A DNA stretch of 45,231 nucleotides, the filler included, from Catajapyx aquilonaris (taxonomy: Eukaryota), in NCBI GenBank assembly GCA_000934665.2. It is 2 parts of 2 records of this genome, joined end to end, with 100 filler letters (N's around TTAATTAATTAA, not from the genome) between each part and the next. Parts side by side here need not be neighbours in the genome. Positions count along the whole stretch, not along the records: positions 22,704 to 45,231 come from KZ539428.1; 1 more part is not named here. One strand, written 5' to 3'. Made by a program: the position numbers and the translations under genes. Below are positions 36,377 to 45,231 of the stretch, piece after piece (position 1 is the first letter of the stretch; each line of letters opens with the position of its first letter). The notes under the pieces are model-generated. The model did not search any database and was not told the origin of the DNA. It was given only the letters and a program-made list of their open reading frames with translations.

Positions 36377-37133
36377 AGGAAGGGTTCAGTGATTTTGCAT
36401 GTTGGGCTTCAAAGATCAAGGTAGACTCCCTGATTCCAAAAATGTGGTCAGTTTTTAAATACGACGCCGCATAAGCAAATGCTGTTAGGTGAAAGTCAAT
36501 CTCCGCTACTGTATTCGATACGGTAAGCGTACAGCTAGCGCCACCCGCGGAGATCCCAGTAACATGCCAGGGCTGTCGTTGGCTTACCCGCGAAGTCAAT
36601 TTTTGAACTAGGAATAAGTGGATGGATCACTTGGCCCTTCCTTCGACGCCGTCACATGCAGCCAAGATGTGGGCAATGTATTCCTCCTCTCTCTCTCCGG
36701 ATTATACCTCGCGACACTACCCGCCTTGGTAAGTCTCGAGCTGATACGGAAGTATCCCGTCGTCGTGGCCATCACTCTGTCACATGGTCCGACCACTGGC
36801 GCCCCTCTCTCCCACTCTGCCTCCCCTTCTCATCCTCCCCTGCATTCCCATGGCCCTTGGCACCCGGGGCGGGTTCCGCTCGGGTCGAAAACACAAAAAC
36901 CTGGCTTGCACATGGTTTGTCGCTATGGGGGCGGACATCTTGGTTGTATGTGGGATCTTCCATCGCTGCCGCTAGAGGGAACCCGTGTTCGGCGCTGATT
37001 TTCAAAAAAATCAACTTTGACTTGAAATGTTACGCTTGTGGTGCATTTGCTACCAAAACGGACCGGATATTCAGAATCAGAGAGTCCTGCTCGATTTTTG
37101 AAGCTCAACATGCAAAATCACTGAACCCTTCCT
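36377..37133. mobile_element. Kolobok-like non-autonomous transposon
   Basis: TTAA|AGGAAGGGTTCAGTGATTTTGCATGTTG...CAACATGCAAAATCACTGAACCCTTCCT|TTAA; inverted similarity extends over 100 bp. Confidence 0.8.
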
Positions 37134-37408
37134 TTAAGGCCATGGTTGAGAGGATCTTGGAAGCTATCCGGCCAATCAGAGATGGGCCCCTATCAGCGCG
37201 GATCCGCTCCTCTCGCCGGGAGTAGTAGAAATAACAGCTATTTTGCAATAACTGTTATTTAAATAACAGTTACTGAAAAATAATTGCAACTGAGCAGCAG
37301 CTATAGATATTCTGCCATATTCGAGCACTGAAAATATTGACAAAAGTGAGAAGTAATGGGAGAGACTAAATGTAGCAGAGGTAGGGTCACGCTGTAGTGT
37401 ACCGGTAC

Positions 37409-37687
37409 TGTTATAGTATTAGCTGGCAACTGGATGCACTGGGGTTTTTCCCCCTAGCTCCTAATTAACCAATGACACGCGGAGGTGAATGGCGTGATCA
37501 GTTGCAATCCTCTTCCTCTTCCAACTTCAACCCCTCCCCCCCCCCCAGTGCCTCTGCAGTTGGGAGACAGCCACCATGGCGTTTACTGAGTATGCAGAGT
37601 GCTGCTATATCACTGTGTAATGAACTAGTTGAATACAGATGGTTTCCTGAACTTTGAGTGTCCCAATCACATCCACCTACCATAACA
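37409..37687 (+). repeat. 5' LTR (279 bp)
   Basis: TGTTAT...ATAACA; last 118 bp repeated at 42539-42656. Confidence 0.9.
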
Positions 37688-37705
37688 TGGTGGCAGCGGT
37701 GGGAT
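37688..37705 (+). promoter_or_regulatory. Primer-binding site, tRNA-Leu
   Basis: TGGTGGCAGCGGTGGGAT, complementary to the tRNA-Leu 3' end ..ATCCCACCGCTGCCACCA, directly after the LTR. Confidence 0.85.
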
Positions 37706-39505
37706 GTGTGCAGGCGTAGTGGAGTGTATACAAACTACTGGGTGACTTGACCGGAACTACCGGGTGTCTCAGAAGATCTCTGGACTAGCAGGGGAAGTGG
37801 CAGCATAGTGAGTGAGCCATGGCCAACCAACTGCAGCCGCCTGTGCACTTGCAGCTGGGAGATGCGCCCGCAGTCATGGAGTAAGGGGCTTCAGGCGTTC
37901 CAATTCTACGTAACAGCTGCGAATCTGGACGGCGCCTCACAGCAGCGTAAGGTAGCACTCTTGTTGACATGCATGGGTCCTGTGGGATTTGAGATCTACA
38001 ATACGATGGACCATCCAGAGCAAGAGGCAGGCAAAACTTTGGCACATTACACACAGGCCTTCACTGCCTACTTTACGCCGCTACGTAACGTGACTTACGA
38101 GCGACATAAGTTTAACTCGTGCGTGCAGAACACTGGACGGGGCATAGATGCTTATGTGACTGAATTAAGAACGAAATCACAGACGTGCGATTATGGCGAT
38201 CGGTCAGAGGGCCTAGAGGGTCTCGAGGGGTTGACAGAATGATCATGGGGGTCAGGAATGACAAAGACCGAGAGGCAATGCTGCGGAAACCTAACCTCGG
38301 CCTGCAGGAGGCACTGGGCATTTGCCGGGCGGGGGAGATGTCCAGGGAGCAAATAAAAGCGATGCAGGACGCACCGGTCACCCTCGCGGTAGTAGGGAAC
38401 AACACCAGGTTTGGACAGGGATCACCGCAGTCTAGAAGGACAGAGGAGAGGGGCCCTAGCGAACAGGCCAGGGGCGGACAGAGGCGACCGCAGGGAGGAG
38501 CTCAGCGGCCCAAGGACACCACAGGGTGTGGAAATTGCGGGTTGGTTCATGCTAACAAGCCATGCCTGGCCCGGGGGAAGTCGTGCTGCAAATGTGGCAA
38601 GCTCAACCACTTTGCGCGAGTACGTAGACAGACAACAGTCAGAGCACTGGAGCAGGAGGAGACGGTAGATGAGGTTCAGGAACAACCGGGCGAATACTTC
38701 ATGGGGCAGCTGGCTCTCACAGTGGACCAAATGGAGGGTATTGGTGGGACAGGGGTGCCACGAGACTGGATTGAATCTATCTGGGTGGGGCAAGCCTCGG
38801 TGTTATTCAAGTTAGATACCGGATCGCAAGCCAATGTCATCTCGACTCAACTACTCAAACGCATCGCGCCTGGAACTACGGTACAGAGCACAAGGAGCAA
38901 GCTTACGACGTACACAGGTCAGCGGATCCCTCTTGCAGGGAGATGCCTACTGTCATGCAAGACAAAACGGGGATCTGCTACATCTTTCCTGGTAACAAAA
39001 GGGGATTACGGGCCGGTCCTGGGACTCCGCGCATGTACCGGAGATCTGGGATTAATCACCAAGGTGCAGGCTGTCGGGGTGGACCTTCCTCCCGGCTCGA
39101 CCGCTAAAGTCTTGCGAGAGTTTCCGGATGTGTTCTAGGGTTTGGGTAAGCTGCCGGGGGCGGAGCATATACAGCTGGACCCTGGGGCCGTGCCGGTGGT
39201 AGCCCCTGCGAGACGTGTTCCATTCGCCCTACAGCCAGCCCTGCGGCAAGAGGTACGGCGGATGAAGCTGCAAGGGGTGATCCAGAAGGTGGAGGGGCCA
39301 ACTGAGTGGGTGCACCCGCTTGTCATTGTCAGGAAGCCTAATGGGAGCCTCCGACTTTGCCTAGACCCTCAACCACCTCAACCAGGCAATCAAGAGATCA
39401 CATCTACAACTCCCCACCGTGGAAAAGATTATGGCCCAGTTTGAGGGTGAGGAATCAGTTGAAAATATTTAGAGGTTTGAGGGTGCGCGATTCTTTACGG
39501 TGTTA

Positions 39506-39754
39506 AGGCCGCTACACAAATTCGGCGGAAGGCTGAGCGGGCGGAAAACGTGCGATTGGGGCGTGGAATGTGAGTAGTGGCAATTCACAAATTCGGCGGT
39601 GGCGCTGCGGGCGGAAACTGGTGCGGTGGGAATCGCTCAAGTCCAACTGGATGGATTTGTGCGATTGCCACCGCTCAGTTCCGCGCCCCAAACGACGCCC
39701 CCAAACGCACTCTTGCCGCCCGCTCAGCCTTCTGCCGAATTTGTGTAGCGGCCT
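39506..39754. mobile_element. PIF/Harbinger-type MITE inside RT
   Basis: TTA|AGGCCGCTACACAAATTCGGC...GCCGAATTTGTGTAGCGGCCT|TTA; removal restores FTVLDAKSAFW. Confidence 0.92.
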
Positions 39755-39995
39755 TTAGACGCGAAGAGCGCGTTTTGGCAGGTGCCCTTGGAGGAATACA
39801 GCTCAGAATTGTGTACGGTCTCCACTCCCTTCGGGAGGTATCGATTTCTCGCATGCCCTACGGGATTTCGTCAGCGCCAGAAGTCTTTCACCGTAGGTTG
39901 CAGCAAATTCTGGAGCATTTGGCGGGCGCGGGCGTAGCGGTCTTCATCGACGATGTCGTGGTATGAGGAAGGGACCTCGCGGAACATGACTCCCG

Positions 39996-40048
39996 GCTCC
40001 GGAGTGCTGGAAGTGGCCAGTTCCTGGCCACTTCCAGCACTCCGGAGC
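39996..40048. repeat. Perfect 25-bp hairpin, 3-nt loop
   Basis: GCTCCGGAGTGCTGGAAGTGGCCAG-TTC-CTGGCCACTTCCAGCACTCCGGAGC within RT coding sequence. Confidence 0.95.
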
Positions 40049-40069
40049 TGGACTCCGGTTTAATGAGGG

Positions 40070-40512
40070 CAGCCCCTGGACACTTCTATCCCAGCGCAAT
40101 AGAAAAGGCCGATCCGTTATTCCTTCCCGCAGCGGCGCTAGTCAAAACACCAAAAGCCACGGTCACGTGACAAGAGCAAATCTGTCGGGACGGCTCCCCC
40201 CTGGGTACAACCCATCAACAGCACTTATGGAATCGATTTTGCATACCGGTATCACCATCGGCAGGTATCGATAGCCGATAGGTATCCATCGGTATCCGTT
40301 GTGATCACGGTCTCGCGACCCTGGAGAACACTCGATTTGAATTGGCGGTCCGTGGACGATTCCCCTCCCGATTACTACCGATAGCGTATACCAAGATGGC
40401 CGCAATATGGAGATCCTCACATCATGGCCACCTCCAGTCAGCGCCACGGCGGGATTGAGTAACGGATCGCAAGATGGCGGGGAGTTTCCCGACCTCTCCT
40501 TCTAAGACCGTG
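40070..40512. mobile_element. 443-bp insertion with 8-bp TSD and no clear TIR
   Basis: TSD AATGAGGG at 40062-69 and 40513-20; ends CAGCCCCTGG.. and ..AAGACCGTG; removal restores GLRFNEGKL. Confidence 0.85.
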
Positions 40513-42538
40513 AATGAGGGTAAACTGCAACTGGCCAGGTCGGAGGTCACTTACTTGGGACATCGGTTCAGTGCGGGAGGTATCGCACCTGATCCAGAGA
40601 GGTGTTGGCTTTTCTCCAGTATCCTGCGCCTGAAGACCAACAGGGCCTCACACGATTTCTCGAGATGATCAACTATTTGGCAAAGTTTCTCCCGCACCTC
40701 ACTGATGATGTCCAGCCCCTCAGATTACTGCTGAAACAGGAGACCCCCTGGGAGTGGAATCCCTCGCATACCCGGGTCTTTGAAAAGGCGAAAAGCGTCT
40801 GCTTCATCGTTGGAATACTTCCGTCCTGAATCAACATTGACCATGGGGGCTGACGCTTCCCCAGTGGGAGTGGGGGCGGTGCTGGTCCAACCTCACGGCC
40901 CGGTGGCCTTTGCCTCCTTTGCACTCACATATACCCAACAACGGTACTCTCAAATAGAGAAGGAGATGCTGGCCATCGTCAAGAGCGCAGAACGATTTCA
41001 CCAATAGATGTATGAGAGGCATGTTGGGATTCTTACCGACCACAAACCCCTGATTCCCTTATCCCGAAAGCCAATACATTCCCTCCGAGCCAGACTTCAG
41101 AGGCTCTTTCTGAGAATGCGGAGGTATGATTACGAGTTGCTGTTCCGTCCGGGCAAGCTGATGGCTGCCTCGGACGCACTCTCCAGGGCGCCCCCTCCGG
41201 GCTCTGGACAGCAGATGCCAGAAGAAGACTCTCACCTGGGTGGAACTGTTGGTCGCTACGCTTCCTGTCTCGGATGCCAGGCTGGAGGAAATCCGGATTG
41301 CGACGGCTTCAGACGAGAGTTTGAACAGATTGGTGGAGTATCTCCAACGGGGGTGGCCACAAGACTCCCTGGAGATGACTCCGTCCACCAGGCCGTATTG
41401 GGGCGTTCGGGACAGATTACAGACCCAGGGAGGGTTGCTTTTGATGGATGACAGGATAGTGATTCCTAAAGACCTGAGGGCAGACATGCTGTCACGCCCA
41501 CACGCGTCGCATCAGGGACTCACTAACACCCAGTCCAGGACCCGACGGTACATCTATTGGCCGGGCATGACGACAGACATACGAGACCGGTTGCAGGCGT
41601 GTGACATCTGCCAGACTTACCAAAGGCGGAATAAGAAAGAGCCCTTCCATCCCTATAGTGTGCCGTTTGGACCGTGGCGGATCGGGTGGCGGTGGACTTC
41701 AGCGAATTTGGTGATAACACATTTATGATCATCGTGGATTACTATTCCAAGTGTGTGGAGGTGGAACGAGTTCCATCGTTGCAAGCCCCGGATGTGATCC
41801 TGAGGATGAAAGCGATCTGGGCCAGACATGGTGTTCCACGGGAGGTGGTCTCAGACGGCGGCCCGCCCTTCAATGGCCGTGAATTCCAGGACTTTGCGAC
41901 CAAGTGGGGCTTCCATAACACTCAATCCAGTCACCACTATGCCCAATCCAACGGGCAGGTGGAACGCACAATCCAGACGGTAAAGCAGATCCTCTGGAAG
42001 ACGGCGGCAGATGGGTCCGATCAGTACGAGGCGTTGCTGGTCCTGCAGACGACGCCGGTGCCTGGCACGCGGTGGACGCCCTCGGAGCTCCTGATGGGGA
42101 GGGACCTTCGAACCCTCATTCCTCACTCCCTTACACCCAGAGACCCTGTTGACCACGGTCTTTTCAGGGAGCAGAGAACTGCGTACCAGGAGAAGTGGGC
42201 GGCGCGTGGAGAGGGTCGATCCCCCAGGCCTTCTCTCTGCCCTGGAGATGAGGTTCGGGCCCGGGCGTCGGGAGTGGACACCGGCCACGGTGGAGGCGGT
42301 GGCCCCCACCCAACGCTCGTACCGCGTGGCTACTCCATCCGGAAGAGTGCTCCGACGCACCAGCCACCACTTGTGGAAGATGCCCACGCCTGGGTCCCCG
42401 GGCGGGGTCGATGAGACTACCGGGAATGGGCCGGGAGAGACCTCCTGCCCTGGCGGAGTCAAGTGGAGGTACCACGGCTAGGGGCCCGGCCTCAGGGCCT
42501 GACGACTTCCCTGCCTCCAGGGACCAGGACCAGATGGG

Positions 42539-42656
42539 GCCACCATGGCGTTTACTGAGTATTCAGAGTGCTGCTATATCAGTGTGTAATGAACTAGATG
42601 AATACAGATGGTTTCCTGAACTTTGAGTGTCTCAACCACAACCACCTACCATAACA
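42539..42656 (+). repeat. 3' LTR, 5'-truncated
   Basis: Matches 37570-37687 with 6 substitutions in 118 bp; the first ~160 bp and the PPT are missing. Confidence 0.9.
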
Positions 42657-42862
42657 GGTACCAACATCACGACCAACATAGTAGAATAACGTCATAGAGG
42701 AATCGAATTAGCCGCTACTGAGTCGCAAATAGCATATTAACTAAATGCTACTGCGTTGCAGCTATTTCACCTGTTATTGCAAAGTAGCTGTTATTTTCAC
42801 TGCTCCGACGACGGACCTTTGTCCTGAAAGTTGCGCATTGCGCGTGCCCTTGTTCGCATACA

Positions 42863-42950
42863 TTTCAAGTTTAATGTTATTTCAAGTAACCGTACTGTTA
42901 TTTCAAGTAACAGTTACTTCAAGTTAGTTATTTCATGTAACAGTTATTTC
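42863..42950. repeat. Short tandem repeat of TGTTATTTCAAGTAAC-like units
   Basis: About 5 imperfect copies. Confidence 0.7.
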
Positions 42951-44149
42951 GAGAAGCTTAACTCCTAATTGCATTTCCGAGATAAAGGGAGGGAAAACTC
43001 AGGGCGTGGGTATTGCACTTGAAAAGAAAACTCGGTACTCAACAGGTTAAAGTAGTCTTCTCGCCAGCTCCAGCAGGGAGGGAAAATAGCGGTTGGCTTG
43101 TCCTACACATAGGGCCAAGCAGCCACTACCGACCTCTAGTAGGGTGATTCCACGACAGATCATGCAAAATAAAATTCAAAGTTCGCCCCTATTTTTGGAT
43201 CTAAATGAACGATAATTCTCCATAACGAATCTATTTGTTTAAAAAAAATTAGGGTCATTAGATCGCGCGTAATTGAATGGGCAAAATCCCGTAAAAACCA
43301 ATAAAGGGCCACACACAAGTGGACAAACGACCCTATATTATCTCGTTAACTACACAGCACCCCGATACTTTTGATGTACGACTGTGTTGTCCGAGACTGA
43401 CAGATTGCGATGACTGAGTGAGTGAGTGTTCAAATTTTTGAAATCGAAATGAAGCCATTAATTTAGAGTTAATTGTTGAAAAACGATATTACGGTCATCG
43501 GACTACCTCCTTGGGCCTTGAAAATTTTGTACCGTTATCTATGCTTCTATACCAGAGTGGGACCTCCGTAAGTTTCGGCGTAATAAAATAACACAGGTCG
43601 CTCGGTGCTGTATTTCGGTTGAGTGACGTCACGAGTTTTGTCAAGACGGGCAGGGTCGGCAATAGGGTCCATCGGGCGCGAAGACGGTTGGGAAAATTCT
43701 ACATGTTCGCAGCCTTTTGCATGATTTGTCCTGGAATCGCCCAGTAGTTAGTTGAGCCCAGCCCCCGCAACACCCTCTCATTTCGCGTGCACTTAACGAG
43801 TCCCCGCATCCCAGGATGTGGCGCACTGTACCAAATCGCATTCGGACGGACTACTTCTGAACCGTTCTGAACCCATCTAAACTGTCAATACACATTCAGC
43901 CCCAGTTCGCAGATTGCACCAACCCAACCGCTTGAATACGATTTGGTACAGAGCTCCATTGCAGCGCCAAAGGAGGGTGACGGAGGACTTGTTAAGAGCA
44001 CGGCCGCGGCCGTCCCCACAAGACTAGAGTGGGAGTGGCTGGCTGGACTCACTCCTGTCAATGGGCTGATTTATGCGTAATTTTTATGTCCTTATTCTAA
44101 ATATCAACTAAGACAAATTATTGAATAGACTATGCTCAATGGAAACGAC

Positions 44150-44460
44150 CTGCACACACACTCACACCTACACAGACTTGTGCGCCAAGGGGACTTCGAT
44201 AACACAACTTTTCCAAGCTAGTGTAACCTAACGTACCGGAACCTAACCTAACATTGTCTGAGAAAAATGGATTTTTCGTGACCCCAATTGTGGGGACCAG
44301 GTCCCAACCGGTCCGCCATGTCCCCACTAAAGTAGTACCTAACCGGTGATTTTAGCTGTGGGGACCTGAAAATGTCCCCACAATTGGGTCTGTCCCCATT
44401 TATAGAAAATACCTGGGTTTTCGTCATCTGAGCTTACGACAGACGGGAACACACAAACAA
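44150..44460. mobile_element. Small repeat element with GTGGGGAC/GTCCCCAC motifs and (CCTAA)n, between CA-rich tracts
   Basis: Repeated inverted GTGGGGAC/GTCCCCAC motifs and AACCTAACCTAAC; ends not resolved. Confidence 0.35.
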
Positions 44461-44549
44461 CAATTCACAAACTCTGGCATGGTTGCATTTGCAAGGGTTG
44501 GTAGTGGAGGACCGTGCGCCGATTCTGTAACAGTTCGCCAGCCGACAGC

Positions 44550-44865
44550 CTACTTTCTGTTCGAAGTGACTGGCGCGGAGTGGCAAATGCAAGGCAAATG
44601 CATTGGGTAGAACTTGGTTGACGGGTTTTTAGCCTTGCGGGTTGCACTGAAAAAGGCGCTCTCATGCTACACTGGCAGGGTACTGAACAAAGTGGTGTAC
44701 TACTGTACAGTGGTGTGTTCAGTACTCTGCCGGTGTAGCATGATAGCGCCTTTTTCAGTGCAACCCGCAAGGCTAAAAACCCGTCAACCAGCTTCAAACA
44801 CGTTCAAACCACGGCACTCTTGCCTTGCATTTGCCGTGCCCGCCAGGCTCAATTCAAACAGAAAG
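44550..44865. repeat. Long palindrome (75-bp core arms 44615-44689 and 44716-44790, with looser outer arms)
   Basis: Direct reverse-complement match; outer GGCAAATGCAAGGCA and TGCCTTGCATTTGCC. Confidence 0.9.
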
Positions 44866-45231
44866 GACGTGACGTCACGCCTTACGGCTGTAATAAATAA
44901 ATTGATTACTGCCGTATTTCTAATTGTTTTATAAACCCGACCGGGGTAGTCGCCACCTACGATTTTTCCCCACTCCCTCGCGCGTGCTTGACCCGTGACT
45001 CTGATACACCCTGTATGACTCGAAGTCATGGTTTTAGAATACTCAGGTTAGGTCACTCCAACCCACCCCCTGCCGGGGCGTTTTGCAGGGGGTGCTCTCC
45101 TGAGAGCGCCATGAGACATTTCAGAGCACTGGTATGTGGCGACCCTACCGGACTAGGCTGAACTTTATAGGTACGAAAGGGAAGCGCTACATGCGGGCCC
45201 AACATGGCCACCGGCAGCCATGTTGGGGCCC

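Larger units (their letters stand above)
37819..42481 (+). pseudogene. gag-pol polyprotein with many frameshifts, stops and insertions
   Basis: Two Zn knuckles (CGNC..H..C; CCKC..NHFA), protease KLDTGS, RT LRLCLDP, LDAKSAFWQ, RMPYG, FIDD; RNase H ADAS..EKE..TDHKPL; integrase HASH..CDIC, VDYYSK, SDGGP, NGQVER. Confidence 0.93.
37409..42656 (+). mobile_element. Gypsy/Ty3 LTR retrotransposon (Mag/K02A2.6-like), decayed
   Basis: TG..CA ends, 5-bp TSD GGTAC (37404-08 and 42657-61), LTRs, PBS, domain order gag-PR-RT-RH-IN. Confidence 0.95.
37219..42806. mobile_element. Small TIR element split by the Gypsy insertion
   Basis: GGAGTAGTAGAAATAACAGCTATTTTGCAATAAC versus reverse complement GGAGCAGTGAAAATAACAGCTACTTTGCAATAAC; TSD unclear. 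Confidence 0.6.
35523..43046. mobile_element. piggyBac-like non-autonomous shell enclosing several nested elements
   Basis: TTAA|CCTGTTGAG ... CTCAACAGG|TTAA; only 9 bp of exact TIR, so the pairing is tentative. Confidence 0.5.

Overview
Eukaryotic (animal, probably arthropod given TTAGG-rich transposon arms) genomic DNA made almost entirely of nested transposable elements. An artificial 100-bp N/TTAATTAATTAA spacer at 22604-22703 splits it, so the two halves may not be adjacent. Well-supported items: a complete intron-containing hAT transposon with a perfect 8-bp TSD (168-3714); a fold-back mariner derivative carrying a solo LTR (17588-18670); a Merlin/IS1595-like relic; a Helitron-type PIF1 helicase fragment; two Kolobok-like TTAA elements; two tRNA-derived SINEs with TSDs; many MITEs; and a near full-length decayed Gypsy retrotransposon (37409-42656) with three internal insertions. 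The only host-gene piece recognised is the terminal acidic-tail exon of an HMGB-type gene (33481-33621, minus strand). Best leads: (1) about 3 kb at 7.6-10.3 kb that, read across frameshifts, gives collinear motifs of a negative-strand RNA virus L polymerase with a YS(D)D-type motif C, a candidate endogenous viral fossil; (2) two unrelated elements sharing an asymmetric end TAYGGTGA-[inverted arm]...[inverted arm]-TATT, suggesting tyrosine-recombinase mobilisation; (3) a 443-bp insertion with an 8-bp TSD but no real TIRs; (4) a high density of long near-perfect palindromes. All family assignments are by eye from motifs; no searches were run.
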